NCBI GenBank assembly: GCA_030750665.1
Contig: JASMHR010000002.1
Coordinates: 1 to 58,922 of the forward strand
Reading direction: 5' to 3'
Length of the DNA stretch: 58,922 nt
From: Candidatus Poseidoniaceae archaeon
GTDB lineage: Archaea; Thermoplasmatota; Poseidoniia; Poseidoniales; Poseidoniaceae
The first letter of the stretch is position 1. Every line of letters starts with the position of its first letter. Below the pieces are notes generated by a model that had not been told where the DNA came from, searched no databases, and worked only from the letters and a program-made list of their open reading frames with translations. Shown here piece after piece: positions 9,917 to 17,823 of the stretch. The position numbers were made by a program, and so were the translations under genes.

Positions 9917-10099
9917 ATGCCCGGTTCTCCTTATCTGGATAAGCCACCAAAGGGGCTTCTGACCTGGCCACGATTGATCATGATAGTGCTTCCAACCTTC
10001 ACCGCAATAACCGCCGTAGCCATCTGGCAAGGACTGCTTCTACTATGGCTCGGTACATTCACTGCAGCAGTATTCGTTGCTGCATACATCAGGCGTTGA
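9917..10099 (+). CDS. Small two-helix membrane protein (hypothetical)
   Basis: Internal ATG of ORF 9776..10099, just after the ridA stop. The 60-aa product has two hydrophobic helices. Confidence 0.3.
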   Translation: MPGSPYLDKPPKGLLTWPRLIMIVLPTFTAITAVAIWQGLLLLWLGTFTAAVFVAAYIRR

Positions 10100-10138
10100 C
10101 AGGAAGACATTGAAACCGAGTTGCTGGTCGGAGATTTG

Positions 10139-11563
10139 ATGGAGTGGCCCCTGCATTGCTTCAAAGCCTACGATATTCGTGGTCTTTCAGGTTCCGAAAT
10201 TAACGATGTTTTCGCAGAACGCCTAGGTCGTGCTCTAGCATCATTTCTTGATTTGGAAGCATTTGCTGTTGCCCGCGACATTCGTGAATCATCACCAGGA
10301 TTCGCCAAGGCTCTGATAAAGGGCCTGAGTGAATCGGGAGTTCGAGTCTTAGATTTAGGAATATTACCAACTGGTGGCTTGTATCATTCTGTATGGAACC
10401 TACCGGTCGATGGCGGCTGCATGGTGACTGCGAGCCATCTTCCAATGCCGACACACAATGGTTTCAAAATCTGCAAAGGCCGCTTGCCATTGGCAGGTGA
10501 AGGTATCCAAGAACTGAAGCAAGTTTTCCTCTCAGGTGATTTCCGTGAAGGGGAAGGAAGTGTGGAGCACACTCCTCATGATGATGCTTGGATTCAGAAT
10601 ATTCTCGAATCTGCAGGAAAACCAAGCCGTTCAGTGAATGTCGTTGTCGATTGTGGAAATGCAGTCACTGGACCATTCATGGAAAGGTTGCTCATCGAAC
10701 TAGGGCTCGATGCCACCACACTGTACACAGATTGGGAACCCAGTGAGCCAAATCATCCCGCTGACCCAACCAGACCCAAGAACATGGTCGACCTTGCAGC
10801 AAAGGTGCTGGAGACCGGTGCTGAACTGGGAATCGGTATCGATGGTGATGGTGACCGCATCGGAGTGGTGGATGAGAAAGGGCGTTTCATACATCCAGAT
10901 CGACTGATACCACCTTTGGCAACTGAAATTCTAGCTGATAGACTGGATGGTGATGAAGAAGCAAGGTCGGTGGTCTATGATGTCAAATGTTCGATGGCGG
11001 TTGAGCAAGCCATCCTCAAGGCGGGTGGAGTTCCCGTGATGGCCAGAACTGGCCATTCATTCATGAAAGCCCATCTTGCAGAACACCCACAGACAATGAT
11101 AGCAGCCGAGATGAGTGGGCACATCTTCCTTGCTGACAAGGGATGGTATGGGTTTGATGATTCTCTCTACAACAGTGCAAGGTTGCTGAATCTGGTTGCT
11201 GAACTAGAAGGTGAATCATTTGGAGAGATGCTCGACAGAATGGTACCTAGTCTGCCCACCACTGGAGAAGTCAAGGTTCCATGCCCCGAGTCTGACAAAG
11301 ATGGAGTGGTCAGTGCAGTGACTAGAGCCCTCATCGATGCTGGGCTTGAATGTTCTACAGTCGATGGAGTGCGAGCAAGATTCAATGATGCTGATGGCAA
11401 TTACGTCGGCTGGTATCTATGCCGTCGTTCCAATACTGAGGAGGTATTGGTGATGAGAACTGAAGCCATCAGTGAGTCAACCTTGAGTGATGTGATGGAG
11501 CAGGTAAAGAATCTAGCAGGACCTCATATCGATCTGAGCAAGTTGTTTGAAGCCTGTGAATAA
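10139..11563 (+). CDS. Phosphohexomutase (phosphoglucomutase/phosphomannomutase/GlmM family)
   Basis: FKAYDIRG, active-site region TASHLPMPTHNGFK, metal site GIGIDGDGDR and EMSGHIF. The ORF opens at a TTG at 10121; the ATG at 10139 is the more likely start. Confidence 0.85.
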   Translation: MEWPLHCFKAYDIRGLSGSEINDVFAERLGRALASFLDLEAFAVARDIRESSPGFAKALIKGLSESGVRVLDLGILPTGGLYHSVWNLPVDGGCMVTASHLPMPTHNGFKICKGRLPLAGEGIQELKQVFLSGDFREGEGSVEHTPHDDAWIQNILESAGKPSRSVNVVVDCGNAVTGPFMERLLIELGLDATTLYTDWEPSEPNHPADPTRPKNMVDLAAKVLETGAELGIGIDGDGDRIGVVDEKGRFIHPDRLIPPLATEILADRLDGDEEARSVVYDVKCSMAVEQAILKAGGVPVMARTGHSFMKAHLAEHPQTMIAAEMSGHIFLADKGWYGFDDSLYNSARLLNLVAELEGESFGEMLDRMVPSLPTTGEVKVPCPESDKDGVVSAVTRALIDAGLECSTVDGVRARFNDADGNYVGWYLCRRSNTEEVLVMRTEAISESTLSDVMEQVKNLAGPHIDLSKLFEACE

Positions 11564-11570
11564 ATTTGAT

Positions 11571-12278
11571 TCAGACTTCAGGCGGTGGTGCAGGCTCAAA
11601 TTCCACCACAAAATAGGTGATAGTCCAAGTGATGTCAACATCCTCATCGCCATCTTGGAACAAAGGATTCACTCCTGATGCAACATCCATGTTCACAGTT
11701 GCTTTCCACTCTCCCCTAGACTCATCTCCATCATCCCACTCGGCTCTGATTTCATCCATGCTTTTCCCTTCAACGATGTAATCTGAACCTGTATAATTTG
11801 AGACGATTTCCCAGAAGAACACGACGCCATCGCCGCCTTGGCCACCACAATTGGATTCGCCACTCTGCTCTTCTTGAGTCCCACTGACCCCGGAGGTATC
11901 GGAATCCACCATGATGCTGTCTCTAGCATTACCTTGACCAGGACCATCGTCGTTGTCATTGCACGTAAAACTCGCTTCAACAGAAGCGATTTCAACACTG
12001 GTATCGAAATTCCCCATGAATATTGATTCATGCTGAGAATTATCTCCCATATTCACTGACTCTGAAATCTGCTCCTGAGTCTGGTTGAAACTAACTATCC
12101 AATTGCCTGGAGTGGAAGATGCCCCAGCGCCCGCAGACCCGCCATCATCGGCCATGATTGCAAAGTAGCTCGGGAAAGCGATAGCGAAGACGATGATGCA
12201 CACTAGATTGGTCATGAAGACCGGATTTGAGGTGTACTCCTCGAAGCCCATGTTGCGGGGAGAGGGCTCAGACATCAA
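11571..12278 (-). CDS. Membrane-anchored acidic extracellular protein (hypothetical)
   Basis: 235-aa ORF with one N-terminal hydrophobic helix (LVCIIVFAIAFPSYFAIM) followed by an Asp/Gly/Ser-rich soluble region. Confidence 0.5.
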   Translation of the reverse strand: MMSEPSPRNMGFEEYTSNPVFMTNLVCIIVFAIAFPSYFAIMADDGGSAGAGASSTPGNWIVSFNQTQEQISESVNMGDNSQHESIFMGNFDTSVEIASVEASFTCNDNDDGPGQGNARDSIMVDSDTSGVSGTQEEQSGESNCGGQGGDGVVFFWEIVSNYTGSDYIVEGKSMDEIRAEWDDGDESRGEWKATVNMDVASGVNPLFQDGDEDVDITWTITYFVVEFEPAPPPEV

Positions 12279-12299
12279 AGTCTTGCGGCAGGTTGTTCT

Positions 12300-12860
12300 C
12301 TACTCTTCTTCAAAAAAAGAGGTTTGTGTGTGGAATTCTGTAGGTGGCCAGGGCCCCATATCTTCCTCTGATTGCGGCCATTGCCCTTTGCCTGTCGGCA
12401 CTCCGAGAGTAGTGAAAGTACGCTTTGCCCGACGATAGGTTGGCAATAGATAGCCGAGGCGACTTCTTTCAGAGAATGTCCACTTGAAGGGAGCACGTGG
12501 AAGGCGGGCTGTCCAATGTCTGACCAAATAATGAAAATCCTGAGGAGCCGTTTGTCTAGGAACTCTCCATTCCGCCTTGTGTATCGCTCCAGAACTTCCT
12601 TCAACATGTGACCATGTTGTCAAATGAAGGCCTTGCATTGGTCCACTCTTGAGCACGAGCCCGAGGGTTCTAGCAGAACTTGTCAATGGCATGATGATAG
12701 CGAATCGATCGACAAGACGACTGCCCTCGATTCTCTCTATTTCCCAATCTGCCTCTTGAGCCAATTCTCGCAAAGCCCTGATCTGAGCACCAGGATTCAC
12801 ACAGGTCGATATCTCAAGAAGACCGCGCTGCTTGTTCTTGGCCACATACAGAGCAGGCAT
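12300..12860 (-). CDS. Hypothetical protein
   Basis: 186-aa ORF with an ATG start at 12860 and no recognisable motif. Confidence 0.4.
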   Translation of the reverse strand: MPALYVAKNKQRGLLEISTCVNPGAQIRALRELAQEADWEIERIEGSRLVDRFAIIMPLTSSARTLGLVLKSGPMQGLHLTTWSHVEGSSGAIHKAEWRVPRQTAPQDFHYLVRHWTARLPRAPFKWTFSERSRLGYLLPTYRRAKRTFTTLGVPTGKGQWPQSEEDMGPWPPTEFHTQTSFFEEE

Positions 12861-12887
12861 CGCCTACACATAAGACTTCAACTGGCA

Positions 12888-12953
12888 TAGCCAGTTGAAT
12901 CAAGTCCGTAGAATTCTGAGTAGCCAGTTGAATCAAGTCCATAGAAATCTGTG
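12888..12953. repeat. Tandem direct repeat, 2 x 33 bp (30/33 identical), preceded by a 7-bp-stem hairpin at 12879..12897
   Basis: TAGCCAGTTGAATCAAGTCCGTAGAATTCTGAG followed by TAGCCAGTTGAATCAAGTCCATAGAAATCTGTG. CAACTGG-CATAG-CCAGTTG overlaps the first unit. Confidence 0.9.
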
Positions 12954-13020
12954 TGGTCACCTGAGTAAGACTGAGACCGCTGGCAAAGCCAGCTGAAAAG
13001 CTGTGTTCCTTCTGCATTGA

Positions 13021-13320
13021 TCAACCGAACAACGAGCCGAGTCCATCGAACCCACCAGCTTCTTCCTCTTCCTCTTCCTCTGCAGGAGCCTCCTCAGCGG
13101 GGGCACCCGAAGCAGCGGCAGCGGGAGCGGCGGCAGCCGGAGCAGCGACAGCAGTGGTCATCGCATCAGCGATGTCAACGCCATCGAGGGAAGCGACAAG
13201 GGCCTTTACTCGACCAGCGTCAGCTTCAACACCTGCAGCCTTCAATATGGCTTTCACAGATTTCTCTTCAATGTCTTTCTCAGCAGTGTGCAGCAACATA
13301 GCAGCGTATACGTACTCCAT
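13021..13320 (-). CDS. rpl12: 50S ribosomal stalk protein P1 (L12e)
   Basis: [11 protein letters not shown]..., Ala-rich hinge, and acidic tail [19 protein letters not shown]. Confidence 0.92.
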   Translation of the reverse strand: MEYVYAAMLLHTAEKDIEEKSVKAILKAAGVEADAGRVKALVASLDGVDIADAMTTAVAAPAAAAPAAAASGAPAEEAPAEEEEEEEAGGFDGLGSLFG

Positions 13321-13352
13321 TCATTTCACCTCATTATTTCATTTGTTTTTTT

Positions 13353-14315
13353 TCAGCCGAATAGGTCGCCAAGTCCACCGAACTCAGCGCCCTCCTCTTC
13401 CTCCTCTTCCTCGGCCGCCTCGGCAGGGGCTTCCTCGGTAGTCTCTGAAACAACAGTGGCGGTTGCCACTGCTTCTGCCGCTGCTCCAAGCATGGAGCGC
13501 AGCTCATCATCCAGAGCTTCGGAGTCGAGTTTTCCTGCAACACCGATCGCACCGGTGTGTGCACGTGATATCAGCAAAGGTAGAGTCTTGCTGTTTGTAA
13601 TTCCTGCTTCGATAGCGACGCTGAGAGCCTCACTGCTCGCCTTGCTGAGCAAAGTTGGAATCGTCTGTGTGGTGAACCACCTGATATTGCAGGCCAGATT
13701 GAATGCACCAGCGATGGTGCTGATAACGTCCCTCTCAAACTGTTCAATATCGATATCGAGAACTTTTGGATCGAATACTGTTCCATCCTCAAGAGTCCCA
13801 CAGAGTTTGAGACCGGTCACGATTGGATTCACGCCAATCTTGGAAAGCAACATTCCGAGGTCTCCCTCAAACATTTCTCCTTCCTTGAGTACAGTGACTG
13901 TCTTCTGGATGTGAACACTACCGCCCATGATCTTTGCAGGGATGTTAACTGAATTCAATTCTCCAACAACTGGTCCAGGCGCCATTCCAGTATCATGCTT
14001 CTCAACCACGATATCTTGTGGTGCAACATCTCCTGGTTTGGCTGCTCTTCCAGCCTCAGTCTTCTTCAATTCACTGAATAACTCGAAACTGTTCATATTC
14101 TTGGTCATGACCAAAGCGGGCTGAACCGCACCAGCAAACAAAGAGTCGAGATCGCTCTCATCAAGTCCAACTTCATTCCAAGCACGACGCATCAAACGCT
14201 TCTTCGCTACTTGAATTCCCATTCCTGTGCGGAGATTCTCTCGCATCCCCAGCATTGCATTGGCAGGAACGCCATGAATATCGATGATTCCTATTGTTCC
14301 CTCACCTTCAAGCAA
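13353..14315 (-). CDS. rpl10: 50S ribosomal stalk protein P0 (L10). The start codon is unresolved (see findings).
   Basis: P0 body plus C-terminal tail EEEEEEGAEFGGLGDLFG, paralogous to the P1 tail. The conserved N-terminal PWKK helix lies upstream of the first canonical start codon. Confidence 0.9.
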   Translation of the reverse strand: MLEGEGTIGIIDIHGVPANAMLGMRENLRTGMGIQVAKKRLMRRAWNEVGLDESDLDSLFAGAVQPALVMTKNMNSFELFSELKKTEAGRAAKPGDVAPQDIVVEKHDTGMAPGPVVGELNSVNIPAKIMGGSVHIQKTVTVLKEGEMFEGDLGMLLSKIGVNPIVTGLKLCGTLEDGTVFDPKVLDIDIEQFERDVISTIAGAFNLACNIRWFTTQTIPTLLSKASSEALSVAIEAGITNSKTLPLLISRAHTGAIGVAGKLDSEALDDELRSMLGAAAEAVATATVVSETTEEAPAEAAEEEEEEEGAEFGGLGDLFG

Positions 14316-14365
14316 GGACTTGAGGTCAGCAACTGTGTCCTTCTTCCATGGGGAGACCTTTGGAA

Positions 14366-15010
14366 TCAGAAGATCACCTCCACCTTGTGTGATGGCCCCA
14401 TTGTGGTTTTGACGTGCAATGAACGAATGTTTCCTGCACCGCGCTCCAACTTGTTGGTGACACGGGTCCAGACTGTCATCGCATTCTCAATCAATTCATC
14501 CGTGGACAATGAAAGAGTTCCAATCGCAGCATGGAATGTGACCCTATCTCTACTTCGAACAATAACTGTACTCGCTAGACCTTTTGCAATCATTCCAGGA
14601 TCCACATTGGGAGGGACAGGTCGAGGCATCTTTCCCCTAGGGCCGAGAACCACACCGAGATATCTTCCAATAAGCCCCATGTGAGGAACCTCTGAAAGGA
14701 AGTAGTCATACTTCTTGGCCATCTTCTTGGCCTTCATCTTGTCTCCGCCCAATTCCTCAATCTGAGTTGGGTCGATGACCACAATTCCAGCTTCCTTCGC
14801 CTTCAATGCAGCATCAGCCGAAGCGAACATTGCGATTCGTGTCTCCTTGCCACGACCAGATGGGAGGCGAACCTCTTCTTGGATACGGTTGGCAGGATTC
14901 TTCAAGTCGACATCGCGTATCGTGAATGACATGTCAATTGTTTCAACGAATGACCTCTTAGGAGCTGCCTCGACGGCGGCTTGGATTGCTTGGCTGATTT
15001 TTTCATGCAT
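14366..15010 (-). CDS. rpl1: 50S ribosomal protein L1
   Basis: 214 aa at the conserved position between rpl11 and rpl10. L1-like sequence (KRSFVETIDMSFTIRDVDLK..., GKMPRPVPP). Confidence 0.92.
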   Translation of the reverse strand: MHEKISQAIQAAVEAAPKRSFVETIDMSFTIRDVDLKNPANRIQEEVRLPSGRGKETRIAMFASADAALKAKEAGIVVIDPTQIEELGGDKMKAKKMAKKYDYFLSEVPHMGLIGRYLGVVLGPRGKMPRPVPPNVDPGMIAKGLASTVIVRSRDRVTFHAAIGTLSLSTDELIENAMTVWTRVTNKLERGAGNIRSLHVKTTMGPSHKVEVIF

Positions 15011-15072
15011 GATGTATCACCTCTGCGGTCTGCGAGGTGGCAGAACCACCTCTCCCGCAATTCGTGACGGCT

Positions 15073-15399
15073 TCAGAAGCGTTCGTCCCAATCTCCTCTG
15101 GAGATTACCTCCAATGCCTCCTTTGGCCATAGTCCGTCGATCTTGACACGCATCGAGACGCAGGTCCCGATGACCTCTCTTGTCTGAGCCTTCAGGTCAG
15201 CACCGGTCAAATGTCCTTCTCCAGCCTTCTGTTTGGCGACCTCGATCGCCTTCTCCAACGGGAGGTCCTCGGTGGCCGCATCCATGCTGCCATTGCACTT
15301 CTGAACACCAAGAGCCTTGATGATCAACTTTGAAGTCCATGGTTGTGGCATCTGTTTCGCCTCCTTTGCCAACGGAATTGGCATTCGGCCGACCAGCAT
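15073..15399 (-). CDS. rpl11: 50S ribosomal protein L11, C-terminal (rRNA-binding) domain only
   Basis: Aligns by eye to the archaeal L11 CTD (PQPWTSKLIIKALGV ... LKAQTREVIGTCVSMRVKIDG ... ISRGDWDERF). No PPLGPALG N-terminal domain is present. Possible starts are 15399, 15384 or 15351; the last has AAGGAGG 8 nt upstream. Confidence 0.75.
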   Translation of the reverse strand: MLVGRMPIPLAKEAKQMPQPWTSKLIIKALGVQKCNGSMDAATEDLPLEKAIEVAKQKAGEGHLTGADLKAQTREVIGTCVSMRVKIDGLWPKEALEVISRGDWDERF

Positions 15400-15400
15400 T

Positions 15401-15415
15401 CCCTATTTAACCGCG
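15401..15415 (-). promoter_or_regulatory. BRE/TATA-like promoter element upstream of rpl11
   Basis: Minus-strand CGCGGTTAAATAGGG. Near-identical 14-mers occur at 16717..16730 and 22613..22626. Confidence 0.45.
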
Positions 15416-15436
15416 CCGCGAAGTGCCAATAGAGGC

Positions 15437-16390
15437 TCATTCCACTCTTTCGATAACTCGAACGTGGTCTCCACGCATGTTGAGAGTCATTGGAATGTCT
15501 GCTTCAAACAATTCCATCGATACCTCTTCCTTGGATTCTGCAACACTGACCACACGTGCCTTCTCTCCCTTGAAAGCACCACTGATAATCTCAACAATAC
15601 AGCCAACCTCGATTCCACTGGTGACTGCCTTTGGTTCAAGATATGGAATAATATCCTTGAGTGGGGCTTCTGCTGAATCGCTTCCTCCCAAAACCGCCTT
15701 GGCGTTCTTGATTGGAGTGGAGAGCATGACTCCTCGCGTCTTTCTGTCCCTGCCACCAGTTCGGCCGATGAGACGCTCAACGTGATGTCGGGCACTCGAC
15801 TCGACCATCACATATCCGCGCATTGCGGGTGGATGGAGAATCGCGAAAATCTCCTTCTGAATCATTGCAAGACTACCTGAACCGCTCAAACGTGCCATCA
15901 TCTCCATGGCCACTCTTTGTTCAGCACCGATACCGGTCTTCACCACATAGAGATAGGATGAAACATCCCCATACATATCTCTCAACAACCAATCGACATG
16001 ACCTCCTTCACGACTCTCGGTGTAGCATAGACTACGCAACGCTCCTTTCTCAAGGTCAAGGTTGACAATGTGTCCCGGATCTATCCACTCTGCTTCAACG
16101 TACAATCCTCCAGGAGTCGTTTCATCGCTGTCTGAAAGTACCAGCCAAGGAGTCACATCGTGAATCCTGTTCCCTATTGTGACTCCTCTATCAGGTGCAA
16201 ATCTAACTGCAGTCAGATGTTCTGCCTCGATTCCAGTACATTCGATAACTCGGCCGATGACTTCAGCCTCATCGACACCGATGCCGAAGATTCCATCCCA
16301 CATCTCTGGGAATTCTGGGTCATCGACGGACCTTCTCAAAAGTAGGAGTTTCTCCCCATGTCTTACGTATGCTACGAATGAATCAGTCAT
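15437..16390 (-). CDS. spt5: Transcription elongation factor Spt5 (NusG family; NGN + KOW) with an in-frame ~138-aa N-terminal Nudix-like extension
   Basis: The C-terminal 179 aa align to archaeal Spt5 (LYVVKTGIGAEQRVAMEMM, IFAILHPPAMRGYVMVE, KOW GCIVEIISGAFKGEKARVVSV). The N-terminal part has a Nudix-fold pattern with a degenerate box. Confidence 0.85.
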   Translation of the reverse strand: MTDSFVAYVRHGEKLLLLRRSVDDPEFPEMWDGIFGIGVDEAEVIGRVIECTGIEAEHLTAVRFAPDRGVTIGNRIHDVTPWLVLSDSDETTPGGLYVEAEWIDPGHIVNLDLEKGALRSLCYTESREGGHVDWLLRDMYGDVSSYLYVVKTGIGAEQRVAMEMMARLSGSGSLAMIQKEIFAILHPPAMRGYVMVESSARHHVERLIGRTGGRDRKTRGVMLSTPIKNAKAVLGGSDSAEAPLKDIIPYLEPKAVTSGIEVGCIVEIISGAFKGEKARVVSVAESKEEVSMELFEADIPMTLNMRGDHVRVIERVE

Positions 16391-16399
16391 TTGACCACC

Positions 16400-16681
16400 T
16401 CAGTACCCAATTCCCAACCACGAGAAGAAGCCGGGAATCATGTTGTCCATCACCACGAGGATGACAAAACCGATGAAACCAAGGATGAAAAGTCCAATTC
16501 CACAGATGATGCTAGTCTGCTTGAACTCCTGCTTGGTAGGTTTGCGCGCCATCCTAAGAATGCGTGCCCACGAGCCTCTTCCTAGGCGGCGGAAACTCGC
16601 TTCAATACGGTCCTGAGCAACCTGAACTTTGTCCTCGAACGTACGCTGCTCTCCAGCATTCGTATTCTTGTTATCCGACAT
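16400..16681 (-). CDS. secE: Preprotein translocase subunit SecE (Sec61 gamma)
   Basis: 93 aa with KPTKQEFKQTSIICGIGLFILGFIGFVILVVM, a single C-terminal TM helix, and the conserved position upstream of spt5. Confidence 0.8.
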   Translation of the reverse strand: MSDNKNTNAGEQRTFEDKVQVAQDRIEASFRRLGRGSWARILRMARKPTKQEFKQTSIICGIGLFILGFIGFVILVVMDNMIPGFFSWLGIGY

Positions 16682-16716
16682 GGTACAACCTCGGGCTTGC
16701 CATGCGACCTACCCCT

Positions 16717-16730
16717 CCCATTTAACCGCG
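16717..16730 (-). promoter_or_regulatory. BRE/TATA-like promoter element upstream of secE-spt5
   Basis: Minus-strand CGCGGTTAAATGGG, about 42 nt upstream of the secE ATG, in the divergent intergenic region shared with the J-protein gene. Confidence 0.4.
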
Positions 16731-16840
16731 ACGGAAGTCCCTAGATAGCCTGACTCTTGGACCTGTTGCGGAAAAGAAGGATGAGACATCGTTGAATCGT
16801 CGGGTTCTTGACACCTGCCCGCCAGCGATTTGCGAAGCGG

Positions 16841-17776
16841 ATGCCTGAAATCGACCCATACGGCACTCTTGGAGTATCCAAGGACGCCAGCGATGCTGAG
16901 ATCAAACGCTCTTGGCGCAAATTGGCAAGACAGTATCATCCCGACCGTAATCCAGGGGATTCGGCAGCAGAGGACCGCTTCAAACGAATCCAAGAAGCGG
17001 GGGATTTGATCGGTTCGCCCGAGGCCCGAAAGAAATACGACGAAGAAAGTCAGATGCGTAATATGTTCGGTGGCGGAGGGCCCGGTGGAGTCCGTTTTGA
17101 CTTCGGAGGTGGCGGAAACCCATTCGGTGGTGGGGGACCCGGCGGACTCGAAGATATGCTTGGAGCCATGTTCGGAGGAGCGGGGGGTGCAGGAATGGGT
17201 AGCGGAATGCCACGCCAAGCTCCTCAACAACAAAGCCCCCAAAAGAAAGGCAAGGACCTCGATATCCATCTCGATGTAAGTATGCAAGAAGCAATTGAAG
17301 GTGGAAAACGAATGATTTCATTCACTCGTCTAGTCAGAGGGCATGTTGGTAACATGCAGAAAGAGAACAAGAAAGTCAATGTCAATATCCCAGAACAAGC
17401 CAAGCATGGCCAGAGTATTCGTCTCAAGGGAATGGGGCACGAACATCCAGAGGGAGGAGATGCAGGGGATGCACACCTGAAGATTCGAGTCGACCCAGGA
17501 GAGAGCCGTAGATGGGAAAATGGCTCGCTTATCCAAGAAGTGGCAGTACCATACAGCACTCTGAAATTGGGTGGCAAAGTGAAGATAACAACTCCTTCTG
17601 GCAAAACTGGAAACCTCACCATTCAAGCAAACTCAAGAATTGGAGACCGTCGAAGAATGGCAAAGATGGGCTTTGATGGAGAGAACCTCGACCTAGAATT
17701 GGTCCTTCTTGAGAATGAAGAATTGACAGATGAGCAACGGAATATCCTCGATTCATTACGCGATAGCGGGCTCTGA
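16841..17776 (+). CDS. J-domain co-chaperone (DnaJ/CbpA type, no zinc-finger domain)
   Basis: J domain DPYGTLGVSKDASDAEIKRSWRKLARQYHPDRN, a Gly/Phe-rich linker, and DnaJ C-terminal beta domains. The ATG at 16841 lies within ORF 16808..17776. Confidence 0.85.
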   Translation: MPEIDPYGTLGVSKDASDAEIKRSWRKLARQYHPDRNPGDSAAEDRFKRIQEAGDLIGSPEARKKYDEESQMRNMFGGGGPGGVRFDFGGGGNPFGGGGPGGLEDMLGAMFGGAGGAGMGSGMPRQAPQQQSPQKKGKDLDIHLDVSMQEAIEGGKRMISFTRLVRGHVGNMQKENKKVNVNIPEQAKHGQSIRLKGMGHEHPEGGDAGDAHLKIRVDPGESRRWENGSLIQEVAVPYSTLKLGGKVKITTPSGKTGNLTIQANSRIGDRRRMAKMGFDGENLDLELVLLENEELTDEQRNILDSLRDSGL

Positions 17777-17823
17777 CCCAATGCAACACATCCATTGATA
17801 AATGGATTATTGCAGCAACAACC

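Noticed and set aside
12276-12302. In-frame TAG between ORF 12300..12860 and ORF 11571..12278, as a possible pyrrolysine or read-through site
   Set aside because: Sharing a frame has a 1-in-3 chance. The downstream ORF has its own ATG followed by an N-terminal membrane anchor. Nothing in the window suggests Pyl machinery, and the two products look unrelated.
12888-12953. Tandem repeat as a mini-CRISPR array
   Set aside because: The two units are directly adjacent with no spacer, only two copies exist, and no cas genes are nearby.
12814-13017. 67-aa ORF spanning the 33-bp tandem repeat
   Set aside because: Its sequence (DLIQLATQNSTDLIQLA) is just the translated repeat. There is no start context, and it sits in the rpl12 3' intergenic region.
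13288-13914. 208-aa plus-strand ORF (and others at 13017..13441)
   Set aside because: It is antisense to the well-supported P0 and P1 genes. Its Ser/Ala-rich translation is the complement of their Ala/Glu-rich tails.
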